A stretch of 64,000 bases of DNA from Malacoraja senta (lineage: Eukaryota), in assembly GCA_038087875.1 (NCBI GenBank), contig CM075989.1:2542001-2606000 (forward strand). The letters run 5' to 3'. Under the pieces are notes generated by a model. The model searched no databases and was not told where the DNA came from. It worked only from the letters and a program-made list of their open reading frames with translations. Position 1 is the stretch's first letter. Each line of letters opens with the position of its first letter. The translations under genes and the position numbers were made by a program. Shown here in pieces: positions 1 through 12,862 of the stretch.

Positions 1-559
1 CGGTCTGACAAACCCATCATCCCAGAAATCAAACCGGTGAACCAGAACTGGAGTTCCTCGCATGTTTATGAAGTCTGGGGATTAGACACAACACTTCAAA
101 TATAGTATGACCAGAGAATCTCTGCAAGTCATCTGGCAATAAAGGTTAACATATTCTTTGCTGCCTGACTCACTGAAATTCTCCCCAGCAGTTTGTTTTT
201 TGCTCAAGATTTTTGAACTGCAGTCACTTGGGTCTCTTGTTAACATGTTAACCTTTTAGTGATTTGAGTACGAGGACATCCAGGTCCCTCTGAACCCCAA
301 CTTTGATCAGTCGCTCACCATTAATAGAACACTACGCTGGTCTAATGTTTGTGTTTTGTAGTTCTGTCTTCATACACTGACTAGCTCTAGTAACATCACA
401 CCCAGTCCAGACGTGACCAACACATAGATTAACTGTTGTGCTTCTGCCATCAGGCTATTAAACACTATAACTCCAAATAAGCTCTGAACTGCATGGACTT
501 GGGGGCATTGGTTTTGTCTTTTTACACTATTATTGTTTGTTTGTTTGTTTTATGTGTGC

Positions 560-560
<1 letters not shown>

Positions 561-627
<67 letters not shown>

Positions 628-629
628 GC
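561..629 (+). repeat. (TCTG)n microsatellite
   Basis: About 17 perfect TCTG units; explains the SVCL repeat in ORF 533..730. Confidence 0.95.
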
Positions 630-1544
630 ATAGTGTTAGTGTGCAGGGATCGCTGGTTGGTACGGACTCGGTGAGCCAAAGGACCTATTTCCACGCTGTA
701 TCTCTAAACTCTGCAGAAGCACCTTATTGACAGTAAAGTGGTTGGTTACCCTTGGGAAAGCCGCTCGTAATATGTTCTACTGAAATGTAGCATTATTTCT
801 CTCTACCGTGAGGTGCGTTCCATTGTGTTCGGCCTGCGTTGAATGTTTGGCTTGCAGTTTAACATCATTAGCAGTAATCATTCATTTCCATTAGGTGGGT
901 CAATAACAAATCTGTTTAAGCGAATAAGAGGCAGCAGGGAATTGCAATGTGATAATCGCTCATGATTGCATTTTCCCACAGGTGAAGTGGGCAAATCGCT
1001 GATGCATAAAAACATAAACCAGTTCGGAAAGTTAATCAGTGGCTGCTTCTTAACACAGGAGACCACAAGTTGTAAGATCAATGTTAGATTAGATTTTGTA
1101 TTGCGAATACCTGAAATAACTAGGGAGTATCAGGTAACTAAAGGCTAATTACCACACTTAATGATAATGTTACAGAAGCAGGCATCATTTCCATTGGGGC
1201 CATCACAACTTCACTATTTTTTTAGCAACTGGTAGCTAATCATTTTAACTCCCCTTCCCATACCAGCCTTCTGTTGCTTGGCCTCCTCCATTGCCTTAGT
1301 GAGGTTACCGGTTGCTAACCATTTCAGTTAAGTTTAATATTGACACGTGTACTGAGGTACAGTGAAAAGCTTTTTGTTGCGTGCTATCCAGCCTGCAAAA
1401 AGGACTATACATGACAACAATCAAGCTGTCCACAGTGTACAGACACAGGATTTTAACGCCCCTCCCATTCCCTCGCTGAACTTTGGGCCTTGTACTCCTC
1501 CATTGACAGAATGAGGCCACATAACTGAAGGAACAGCACCTCGT

Positions 1545-2605
1545 GGGGGAAGGTGAGCAGTCGGAAGTAGTTGTGCATGTTGACCAAATGACGTGGATAA
1601 GAGGAGGAAGGAGGTTCTGCAACGTGAGTATAGAGAACAAGGCAGGAGGCTGAAGAGCAGGACTTCTAGGATGGTTATCTCTGGGTTGCTTCCAGTACCT
1701 CGTGCTAGTGAGGGTAGGAACAGGGAGATAGGGGATCTGAATGTGTGGCTGAGAGGTTGGTGCAGGGGGCAGGGATTTAGATTTCTAGATCACTGGAATC
1801 TCTTCTGGGGCAGGGGTGACCTGCACTAAAGGGACAGGTTGCACCTTAATTGGAAGGGGGCCGACATTCTGGCAGGCAGGTTTGCTACACGGGTGGATTT
1901 AAACTAAACAGTGGGGGGTGGAGTCAACAACGTGGATGCGTGTGCGTGCAGTTTACGGGAAAGAGAGTGTAGGAAAGGTCACGTTTAAACTAACAGGGCA
2001 GGGGGATGGGAACTAATGCAAGGAGACAGAGGTTCTTAAAAGGACAGAAGCAAAAGGTAGAAGAGAGATAAGAAAAACAAACCTGAAAGCTTTGTGCCTT
2101 AATGCGAGGAGCATTCGTAATAAGGTGGATGAATTGAATGCTCAGTTAGTAGTTAAGGGACATGATATAGTTGGAATTAGGGAGACAAGGCTCCAGGGTG
2201 ACCAAGGCTGGGAGCTGAACAAGCAGGGGTATTTGATATTCAGGAAGAATAGACAGAAAGGGAGGTGGGGTGGCATTGCTGGTTAAAGAGGAGATTAATG
2301 CAATAGCAAGGAGAGACATTAGCTTGGATGCTGTAGAATCAGTCTGGGTAGAACTGCGAAATAGCCAAGGGCAGAATACGCTTGTTGGAGTTGTATACAG
2401 ACCACCAAACAGCAGTAGGGAGGTTGGGGATAACAAGTTGTGCAAGGCCCCTTGGGCAACAGTGACCATAATATGGTGGAATTCTGCATTGGATGGAGAG
2501 TGACATGGTTAATTCAGAGACTAGGGTCCTGACTTAAACAAAGGAAACTTTGAAATTATGAGACTGGAATTGGCTCGGATAGACGGGCAAATTATACTTA
2601 AAGCA
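1545..2605 (+). mobile_element. CR1 (HER1-like) LINE 5' fragment: ORF1 SGNH-esterase plus ORF2 APE endonuclease, degenerate
   Basis: ORF1-like RMVISGLLPVPRASEGRNREIGDLNVWLRGWCRGQGFRFLDHW; ORF2-like CLNARSIRNKVDEL, ESVWVELRNSQG and VGVVYRPPNS; stops and frameshifts present. Confidence 0.9.
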
Positions 2606-3194
2606 AATTAATGCTGGTTTAAATTAATATTCTGTAAATTGGCCCTAGTGTCTCGAGGATGAATGCGAAAGTGGGATAACATAGAACTGGTGTGAATGGT
2701 TGATCATTGATTGGAGTGGACTCCATGGGCCGCCGGGACTGTTTCAGTGATGTGTCTCTAAACAAAACCAAAGTTTAGTGGAAAGTTCAATGAGATCAGG
2801 ACTTGGTGAGTTGATTGGTCATCTTCAGCAAATTCTAACTCATCAACTTCAACGAAACCCCCAGTAACATTGGAACAAAGGGTGAACACTGGGCCAGGAG
2901 GGAATCAGGCATGTTACAGGACAACCAGACTTTGGAAGGGCCCCAACCTCAAACGTCACCTCTCCATGTTCTCCAGAGATGCTGCCTGACCTGCTGAGTT
3001 ACTCCAGCACTCTGTGTCTTTTTTGTAAACCAGCACCTGTGTGTTTGAACCAGACGTTCCTTCTATTTTTTTATTTTTTATTTTTATTATTATCATTATT
3101 TTTTTTAATTCCTTCTATTCAGATGAACACAAATTAAGCAGATGAGTTCTATGGTCATGTCGAAAATTCTTTACTCAGTAAGTTTTCACGTGTT

Positions 3195-3402
3195 TTCTGC
3201 AGTTCCCAGGATCCGTCGCTTGCCCCGGGATTGGCTGCTGTGCCCAGTTCACCTGTGTGCCCCAGGACTAGTTGCAGTTCCCAGATCAGCTCGCGTGCCC
3301 CCGGGACTGGTCGCAGTTCCCAGGTCGTAAAAACGAATTGAAAAAAAACACGGCTGCGGGCCGGATGATTTCGGGTTACGGGCCGGATGCGGCCAGTGGG
3401 CT
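3195..3402. mobile_element. hAT/Charlie-like subterminal fragment with a degenerate ~41-bp tandem repeat
   Basis: GCGGGCCGGAT...CGGGCCGGATGCGGCC motifs typical of Charlie termini; repeated GCAGTTCCCAG units (PGLVAVPRS x2). The other end was not found. Confidence 0.45.
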
Positions 3403-3795
3403 CTGCTTTACTGTTTAATGCAGGAGTTTCTTAAATGTACTCCTGCCTCTTGAGCCATCCATTGCCATTAAAGAGTGGCGCAGTGTACAATAACGGCAGA
3501 GAAAATCCAGACAATGGGAAAATGCGCCATTAAACTTAAATATCCAAACATTTCTGTCCAAGTCTGCAGCAACAACTGTCTTCAGTTGGAAGGGACATCA
3601 GTGAAATGCATTGAATAGCAAAATTTGTCACAATAAGTCTTCATCATTTCAGTCTATAAACCCCTAATGTGTTCATTTTTGACAATCATTATCCTATTAT
3701 CGTGTGTACTTATCGAGCTGTGACCTTTCAGCTTAGTTGAGTTTAGAGATACAGTGTGGAATCAGGCCTTTTGGCCCACCGAGTCCACACCGATC

Positions 3796-4740
3796 AATGA
3801 TTTGGATGAGAACAAGATTAGCAAGTTTGCTGATGATACAAAAGTTAGTGGTTTTGCAGATAGTGAAGATGGTTGTGAACGATTGCAGCAGGATCTGGAT
3901 CGATTGGCCAGGTGGGCGGAGGAATGGTTGATGGAATTTAATACAGAGAAGTGTGAGGTGTTGCATTTTGGGACGTCGAACAAGGGCAGGGCCTACACAG
4001 TGAATGGTAGGCTGGGTAGTGTTGTAGAGCAGAGGGATCTAGGAGTACAGGTGCATGGTTCCTTGAAGGTCGAGTCACAGGTAGATACGGTGATCAAAAA
4101 GGCTTTTGTCACTTTGGCCTTCATCAGTCAGAGTATTGAGTATAGAAGTTGGGAGGTCATGTTGCAGTTGTATAAGACGCTGGTGAGACCGCCTTTAGAA
4201 TATTATGTTCAGTTCTGGGCACCATGTTATAGGAAAGATATTGTCAAGCTTGCAAGGGTTCAGAAAAGATTTATGAGGATGTTGCCAGGACTAGAGGGTG
4301 TGACCTAGGGAGTTGAGTAGGCTGGGTCTCTATTCCGTGGAGTGCAGGAGGATGAGGGGGGATCTTATAGAGGTGTGTAAGATCATGAGAGGAATAGATC
4401 GGGTAGATGTACAGAGTCTTTTCCCCGAGTAGGGGAATCGAGGACCAGAGGACATAGGTTCAAGGTGAAGGGGAAAAGATTTAATAGGAATCGGAGTGTT
4501 AACTTTTTCACACAAAGAGTGGTGGGTGTATGGAACAAGCTGCTAGAGGAGGTAGTTGAGGCTGGGACTTTCCCATCATTTAAGAAACAGTTAGACAGGT
4601 ACATGGATAGGACAGATTTGGAGGGGTATGGACTAAGTGCAGGCAAGTGGGACTAGTGTAGCTGGGACATTGTTAGCCGGTGTGGGCGAGTTGGGCTGAA
4701 GGGCCTGTTTCCACACTGTATCACTCTGTGACTCTATGAC
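3796..4740 (+). mobile_element. 5'-truncated CR1 LINE (RT C-terminus plus 3'UTR) inserted into a minus-strand HE1 SINE (3733-3795 and 4741-4965)
   Basis: ISKFADDTK, LQQDLDRL, MEFNTEKCEVLHFG, LYKTLVRPPLEYYVQFW; ends in the GGGCTGAAGGGCCTGTTTCC hairpin and (TGACTCTA)-like tail. Confidence 0.93.
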
Positions 4741-5587
4741 CAGCGATCCACGCACACTAACACAACCCTACACCCTAGGGACTATTTTATATTTATACCA
4801 AGCCAAACCTGCACATCTTTATAGTGTGGGACGAAACTGAAAATCTCAGAGAAAACCAACGCAGGTCACAGGGAGAACGTACCAACTCCGCACCTGTAGT
4901 CAGGATCGAACCAGGATCTCTGGCACTGTAAGACAGTAACTCTACTGCTACACCACTGTGCCGGCCTGAAGGATGAAATGCTGGAACGTTGGACACAGCC
5001 AGGTAGCTTTTCTTTGATTGGAATGAACGTAATGGGCTGCATTGCCGTTCTCCATGCCATTAGTTGAGAAGGAAAGAGAGATCTGCCATGATTGATGGCG
5101 GAGTAGACGATGGGCCGAATGGCCTAATTCAGCTTCTATGACTTCTGAATTTATGAACATATTAGTTCCTACGATTCTCTGACTGGTGGCAAGCAATTTC
5201 CATCGTGGGATAAATCAAGTTGTATGGTATGGTATCGTATTGTGTTAGGACTGCAGTAATGCACACCGGGAGATTAAAGCACCTGCTCGCATTTGTCACC
5301 AAGCCTCTCCTCCTCCTCTCCCAAGGCAGTCGGAATATTCACAGGGACCTCATCTCGCAGTTTCATTAACATACATTTTAAAATAATAGTGCTGTCAATA
5401 CATGTGCAGGATAACCGAGCATTCGAGGAAGTAAACATCAATACCAAAGTTAAGCAGTGATGAAGCATCTGTTATGCCAATAAGCATCACACTACAGTAT
5501 TGGAGAAAACATCAAGTGTGTTATTCATCCTTAGCTTCCCTCATAAATGTGTGGATGCTAAATCAAGTGCTGCTTTAGGTTCAAGGA

Positions 5588-6020
5588 TGGGCAGCACGAT
5601 GACGCAGCGGTAGAATTACTGCCTTACAGCACTTGCAGCGCCAGAGACCCAGGTTTCTATCCCGACTACAGCTGTCTGTATGGAGTTTGTACCTTCTCCC
5701 CGTGACCACGTGGGTTTTCTCCGAGATCTTCGGTTTCCTCCCACACTCCAAGTCTGTAGGTTAATTGGCTTTGGTAAAATTGTAAATGATCCCTAGTGTG
5801 TAGGATAGTTCTAGTGTGCAGGGTGATCGCTGGTTGGCACATACTCGGTGGGCCGAAGGGCTGGTTTCCACGATGTATCTATACAAAGATGCACAGGTTT
5901 GTAGGTTAATTGGCTTGGTATAAGCGTAAATTGTCCCTAGTGTGTGTGGGAGAGTGTGCAGCGATCGCTGGGTGTGGATCCGGTGGTCCGAAGGACTTGT
6001 TTCCATGCTGTATTACTAAA
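5588..6020 (+). mobile_element. HE1-type tRNA-derived V-SINE with a duplicated 3' half
   Basis: tRNA-like head, V-domain GGTTTCCTCCCACACTCCAA, and two consecutive copies of the tail. Confidence 0.85.
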
Positions 6021-7405
6021 GTAAAAAGGATATTGGGGAAGATATTAGCAGAATCAAAATACAAGGAGACATATGGGTGAGTGGAACAAGATTTAATAGG
6101 AAACTGAGTTTTTGTTTTTTTAGTTTAGAGATACAGCACGGACACAGGCCCTTTGACCAACCAATTTCGCACTGACCAGCGATCTCCGCACACTAACACT
6201 ATCCTACACACACTAGGGACTATTTCCATTTATACCAAGCCAATTAACCTCCAGACCTGTACATCTTCGGAGTGTGGGAGGAAAACGAATATCTCGAAGA
6301 AATCCCACGCAGGTCACAGGGAGAACGTACAAACTCCGTACACATAAGAACTCTGGTCTCTGGCACCGCAAGGCAGCAGCTCTACAGTGCGGCCAGAGGG
6401 GCAACATATTCACTCGGAGGGTGGTGGGTGTATGGAACGAGCTGCCAGAGGAGGTCGTCGAGGCAGGTTCTATAATAATATTTAAAAGACGTGTGGATAG
6501 GAAAGGTTTAGAGGGATATAGGACAAATGCAGGCCTATATCCTTGGGGCATCTTGGTCGGCAAGGACGAGTTGGGCCGAAGGGCCTGTTTCAGTGCTGTT
6601 GGACTCCCCGGATCTAAGTAAACCACGAGTTGACAATGAATAGCAGGACAAGACTTTAAATAAACTAAAATGAAAGTGCAAGAGGTGACGTGCCAGTGGA
6701 GAACAAAATGTGGTGAAACAATCATTTAAAGAAGTAGCAGGAACCCAAGGAAATACTTGACTGGGTTCCAGAGAGAATAGACGACATGAAAATGTTCCCT
6801 GTACTAATGCTTAAAACCTTTTCCCCATGCACTGGTGCCAAATACATTATCCAGTGGTGTCATCAATATACTGTCTCTGGTGTTGACCCTGTACACTTCC
6901 TTCAATGGTACAATGTGCTGGTGCTACTGTATCAAATAGCTCGCTGCCCTGATGTGGGAAGAATGAAACTTTTTTTTAATTAAAGAAAGAGATAGGGTAA
7001 TTACTCAATTAGGAAGAGTATCAGGGGTTATGGGGTGAAGGAAGGAGAATGGGGTTGAGAGGGAAAGATAGATCAGCCATGATTGAATGGCGGAGTAGAC
7101 TTGATGGGTCGAATTGCCTAATTCTGCTCCTAGAACTTTTGAACATATTACAGGCCAGTTCATTTCACATTAATGGCAGGAAAGTTCTGGTTTCTTTCAT
7201 TCAAAATGACATTGCTAGATATTGAGATAAAGAGCGAACAAGCACAAGAAGCTAACGTGGATTCCTGCAAGGAAGATTCTGTTTGGCACTTCCAAGAGTT
7301 TGTTAAGGTGACAGACTTGAACAAAGTGAGATGTGGCGTGCATGGAGTCTTTGATAAGATTGCACTAGAAAAGAATGAAGGGGTCATGGAATTGGGTGAA
7401 TAATA

Positions 7406-7735
7406 GGGCAGCAGGGTGGCACAGCGGTAGAGTTGCTGCCTTACTGTGCTTACATCGCCAAACACCCAGGTCCGATCCCGACTACGGGTGCTGTCTGTAC
7501 GGAGTTTTACCTTCTCCCCGTGACCGCAGGGTTTTTCTCCGAGATCTTCGGTTTCCTCCCACACTCCAAAGACATACAAGACATACAAGTCTGTAGGGTA
7601 ATTGGCTTCGGTAAAATTGTAAATGATCCCTAGTGTGTATCACAGTGCTAGTGTGCAGGGTGATCGCTGGTTGGCACGGACTCGGTGGGCCAAAGGGCTG
7701 GTTTCCATGATGTATCTTTCAAGTGAAGTCTAAAG
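7406..7735 (+). mobile_element. HE1-type V-SINE, full length
   Basis: A-box-like GTGGCACAGCGG, B-box-like GGTCCGATCCC, V-domain and CR1-derived tail. Confidence 0.9.
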
Positions 7736-8711
7736 TCTGTTCCTTTAGCAAAGCCATGGATTTTACAACCCTGTGAGGGCATTGGGAGCTTGGTTTTCCA
7801 TCTGATCTAAAGGCTGCAAATATCAGCGATGCCTTTCACTGGAGACCCATTCAGTGCGCGCCACATCTCGCTTCACACCTTCCCCACCAGCAAAGAGCAC
7901 AACCCACACTGGCAGGCGTCCAGGTGTAGCCCAACCACCAAGGTGGATTGGACGTCCTCCTAAAGTCATTATTCAGTCAGCAATCACTATCCTGAGGAAA
8001 CCTCATCATAAAAATCGACAGTCACATTTCAAAGAAAGCGATGACAAGGACGTGCAGGTTTGTAGGTTAATTGGCTTGGTATAAATGTAAAATTGTCCCT
8101 GGTGTGTGTAGGATAGCGTTAGTGTGCCAGGATCGCTGGTCAGCACAGACTCGGCCGGACGAAGGGCCTGTTTCCACGCTGTATCTCTAAACTAAACTGA
8201 ATTAAACTAAACCATTCTACATAATTGTGCAAGCCCCATAATCAGCACCACACGTGCGTCAGAATAATGCTGCCGAGGATCGTCAGAAACTGCCCAGGAA
8301 TATATTTTCCTGGAGGTTTTCCGTGTAATTCATAATTCCATAAGACATAGGAGCAAAATTAGGCCATTTGGCCCATCAAGTCTACTCTGCCATTCAATCA
8401 TGGCTGATCTATTTTTCTCTCTCATGCACAATCTCCTGCCTTCTCCCCATAACCTTTACTAATCAAGAATCTGTCAAACTCCGCTGTAATTATATTCTCA
8501 CCTCAGGAAATTGTTGAAATTTGCAAATATATCACATGTCAAATGCACATTATAGTGACATTAAATGGCAGATAATATATTACTGATATCGTTTGTGTGG
8601 GGTTATTTTCACGATGCAAACATGAAGCGAGCAAGCCTTGATTACAGATGCAGACTTTAATCAGGAGACTTACTTCTGTGCTACAGAGAGGATGCATGCT
8701 GTTAGGTTTCT

Positions 8712-9262
8712 TTTAGAACCTAGAACATGGAACAGTACAGCACAGGAACAGGCCCTTCGGCCCACAATGTCTGTGCTGAACATGTTGCCAAGACCAGCTC
8801 GTCCCTGCGCATAATCCACATCCCTCGATTCCTTCCATGTTCCTGTACAAAAACTCAAACACTGCTATTGTATCTGCCATCCCCACCATCCCGGCTATGC
8901 GTTCCAGGCACTCACCACCCTCTCCGTAAAAAAAACCTGCCCCGCACATCTCCTCTGTACTTTGCTCCTCTCATCTTAAAGCTGTGCCCTCTACTATTTT
9001 GGTATGTCCATCCGGGGACAAAGGTTATGTGTGTCCTATCTATGCCTCTCAACTTTATACACTTCATTCAGATCACACTTCAACCTCTGGCATTCCAGAG
9101 AAAACAATCCAAGTCTGTCCAACCTCTCCCTGTTGCTAACACCCCCCAATCCAGGCATCATTCTGGTAAACCTCCCCTTCAATCTCCACTGCACTCCACA
9201 TCTCCAGAGCCTCCACATCCTTACTGTAATGGGGTGACCACAACTCCACACAATACTCCAAT
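8712..9262 (-). mobile_element. Older CR1 LINE 3' fragment
   Basis: RFTRMMPGLGGVSNRERLDRLGLFSLE; (TTCTA) tail at the left end. Confidence 0.85.
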
Positions 9263-9334
9263 TTCTGTAACAGTATGCGCCCTCACCAATTTTCGAAGAT
9301 CATCCCTGCACATCAGTGTGAAAGTTACAATTCC

Positions 9335-9890
9335 CATCACTGTCATCCTCCAACCTCATCTACTAAAGCAATTGTTCAAGATGTGGACTCTTATACATTG
9401 GCGAGACCAAACGTAGACTGGGCGATCGTTTCGCTGAACACCTTCGCTCAGTCGCTTGGGCCTACCTGATCTCCCGGTTGCCAAACACTTTAGTTCCCCT
9501 TCTCATTCCCACATTGACATTTCTGTCCTAGGTCTCCTCCATGGTCAGAGTGAGGATAAATGCAAATTGGAGGAACAGCATCTCATATTTCGCTTGGGCA
9601 GCTTACAGCCCATTGGTATGAATATAAATGTCTCTAACTTCAAGTAACCCCTGGCATTCACTGACATAACCCGACCCAAGTTGCACCAGCTTCTCGTTTT
9701 CACCCAACAAACAGCTAACAATGGCCTGTTTCCTTTATCTTTGTTACTTTTTTGCATATCTTTCTTTCATTGTTCTTTATCTCTCTACATCATCTTCGAT
9801 ATCTCTCGACCAGAAACGTCACCCATTCCTTCTATCCAGAGAGCTGCCTGTATGGCTGAGTTACTCCAGCCTTTTGTGTCTATCTTCAGT
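9335..9890 (+). mobile_element. Penelope-like element 3' part (GIY-YIG end plus pLTR)
   Basis: LYIGETKRRLGDRFAEHL, DLPVAKHF and KLEEQHLIFRLGSLQP, followed by the GATGCTGCCTG...GAGTTACTCCAGC-type tail. Confidence 0.9.
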
Positions 9891-9916
9891 GTTATCCTCA
9901 GGCTCCTTTGTGTAAA

Positions 9917-10236
9917 GGCGGTACGGTGGCATAGCAGTAGAGTTGCTGCCTTACAGCGCAAACAGCGCTAGAGACCCGGGTTTGATCCTGACTACGGGTG
10001 CTGTCTGCGCAGAGTTTGTACGTTCTCCCTGTGATCTGTGTGGGTTTTCTCCGAGATCTTCAGTTTCCTCCCACACTCCAAAGACATATTGGTTTGTAGG
10101 TTAATTGGATTGGTAGAAATGTATATTGTCCCCAGTGTGTGTAGGATAGTGTTAGTGTGCGGGGATCACTGGTCGGTGCAGACTCGGTGGGCCGAAGGGC
10201 CTGTTTCAGCGCTGTATCTTTAAACTAAACTAAACT
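9917..10236 (+). mobile_element. HE1-type V-SINE, full length. Other copies at about 6115-6395(-), 8045-8210, 14398-14708, 21313-21646(-), 22960-23265(-), 33938-34256, 36442-36770(-), 53900-54175(-), 54220-54502, 58626-58960, 59080-59428
   Basis: Shared ~320-bp consensus: GGGCGGCACGGTGGCGCAGCGG head, GGTTCGATCC B box, V-domain, GGGCCGAAGGGCCTGTTTCC hairpin, (TAAAC)n tail. Confidence 0.92.
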
Positions 10237-11714
10237 ATTTAATGTCAATTAATACAAGTTATGAGATTTCCACACTTGCTAATAAATAACAATGGTGAGA
10301 ATGGATAGTGGAGTGAATGATTGAAGGCAGTTTGGATATGGAGGCAGAGTAAACAATTGTATGGTAAAGATTTGTATATTCCCATTTAGGAAGTACAGTT
10401 TATGCAGAACATCACAGGGACCTTGATGAGGGTCGCTTCAAGGGTGATACCAGGGCCAAGTGATTTAACACATTGAAAGGAATGGGTAGGAAGGAACTGC
10501 AGATGCTGGTTTACACTGAAGATAGAAACAAAATGCTGGAGTAACTCAGGGAGACAGGCAGCATCTCTGGAGAGAAGGGATGGGTGATGTTTCAGGTCAA
10601 GGCCCTTTGGGTTGTTTCCCCATTCAAAACTCTTTCATTAACGGATAATCATCTTCACAATGCCTCATCACTTTTCGTTTTACGTGAGTGTAAGATTAAG
10701 AAGTGACTTGTTTGAACTTGTGCCAGAAAGAAATGTGGAATCACATCAAACTGAGAACCGAATAGACTCCCCAAACTCACAGAGAAGGGATGTTGCTTCA
10801 CCACTCTGAACTGATTTGGACACTTCATCCCCAATAGAAGAGAGAAGCTACAAAAGCCAAGTAATCTCAAGTGCAGAGCACATCCGTGATTGCAGTCAAG
10901 GTATCTGTGGCTATTTGCAGGGCTGACACATTGCTGACTAATGGCCAAGTCAAAGGTCCGTCACACACATGTAAACCTTTCAAAATCCACTCTGATATCA
11001 CCGCTGACATGGTGTGTCAAGGAAAATCTGTATTTATCTGGAAAATGCCAGACACATAGTTATACCCTGGCAGAGTTGACACATTCAAATGAATAGTTCA
11101 ATAAATAAATTAAGATAGCGCCCACAGGAATATTGTAACATATTAAGCTGGGCATTATTACTGCCAGAGGTGATGGTTCATAATTACCGTAGACTCCCTG
11201 GCTGGATTTAAAGAAGCAAATGCTTCCCTTTGAGCAGAAAAGGAGGCGGAGAAGGAACAAAAGGTCTTCAGAAACAGCAAAATAATTTTCTTTTGCATTT
11301 CCTTTGAAAACGCAAAAACGCAAAGCGCAAAACTCAAAGTGCTGGAGGAACTCAACGGGTCAGGCAGCATCTGTGGAGGAAATGGATAGGCGACGTTTAG
11401 GGCCGGGACATTTCTTCAGATTGATTGTAGTGGGAGGGAGAAAGCGGGAAAAGAGAAGTGGGTTGGTCAGAGGGTGGCGAATGTGGAATTCTTCCCCACA
11501 GAAGGCTGTGGAGGCCAAGTCAATGGATATTTTTAAGGCAGAGATAGATAGATTCTTGATTAGTACAGGTGTCAGGGGAGGAGGAGAATGGGGTTAGGAG
11601 GGAGATATAGATCAGCCATGATTGAATGGCGGTGGATTTGATGGGCCAAATGGCTTAATTCTGCTCCTATCACATGACATGAAGTGGGGGGGAGTCAAAG
11701 CCTGGCGAGTGATA

Positions 11715-12862
11715 TGTTTAAGAAAGAACTGCAGATGCTGGTAAAATCGAAGGTAGACACAAAATGCTGGAGAAACTCAGCGGGTGAGACAGCATCTATG
11801 GAGAGGAGGAATTGGCGGCGTTTCGGGTCGAGACCCTTCTTCAGACTGATGACAGGGGAGGGGGTAGGACAAAGAAAGAAAGTGGGCTGAGACAGTGGGA
11901 CTAGTGGGAGGACTGGGAAGGGGGAGGGGATTAGAGAGAGAGAGAACAAGGGCTACCTGAAGCTACAGAAGTCAATGTTCATACCACTGGGGTGTAAACT
12001 ATCCAAGCAAAATATGAGGACTGTCACTTGGACCATCTCCGACATCTCCCTACCGTTTCTAGATCTCACCGTCTCCATCACAGGAAAGACCAATGACCGA
12101 CATCTACTATAAACCTACTGACTCCCACAGCTAACTTGACTACACTTCTTCCCACCCTTTTTCTTGCAAAGACTCTATCCCATACTCCCAATTCCTCTGT
12201 CTACACCGCATCTGCGCCCAGGATGAGGTTTTCCACACCAGGGCATTGGAGATGTCCTCATTATTTAGGGAACGGGGGTTCCCCTCTTCCATTATAGATG
12301 AAGCTCTCACGAGGGTTTCCTCGATATCCCGCAGCTCTGCTCTTACTCCCCCTCCCCCCTCTCGTAACAAGGACAGAGTCCCCCTTGTCTCTACCTTCCA
12401 CCCCATCAGCCGCCGCTAACAACATATAATCCTCCACCATTTTCACCACCTCCAAAGGGATCCCACTACTGGTCACATCTTCCCATCTCCATTCCGTTCT
12501 GCATTCCACAGAGACCGTTCCCTCCGTAACTCCCTGGTCAACTCGTCCCTTCCTACCCAAACCTCCCCCTCCCCAGGTACTTTCCCCTGTAACCGCAGGA
12601 GATGCAACACCTGTCACTTTACCTCCCCCCTTGACTCCCTCCAAGGACCCAAACAGTCCTTCCAGGTGAGGTAGAGGTTCACTTGCACCTCCTCCAACCT
12701 CATCTACTGCATCCACTGTTCCAGGTGTCAACCTCTCTACATCGGCGAGACCAAGCGCAGGCTCGGCGATCATTTCGTTGAACACCTCCGCTCAGTCCGT
12801 CTTAACCTACCTGATCTCCCGGTGGCTCAGCACTTCAACTCCCCCTCCCATTCCCAATCTAC
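11715..12862 (+). mobile_element. Penelope-like (Neptune-type) element: inverted 5' pLTR (11715-12020, minus) plus RT thumb, Cys linker and GIY-YIG (12021-12862, plus)
   Basis: LPFLDLTVSI, TDIYYKPTDSH, SIPYSQF, CNRRRCNTC and LYIGETKRRLGD; an upstream inverted partial pLTR is typical of PLE insertions. Confidence 0.9.

Noticed and set aside
7173..7403. 76-aa ORF as a host exon
   Set aside because: No recognisable homology or splice signals; length is within chance expectation.
12261..12785. Similar 174-aa and 244-aa (32378-33112) ORFs as a novel gene family
   Set aside because: Antisense frames of the Penelope-like ORF.
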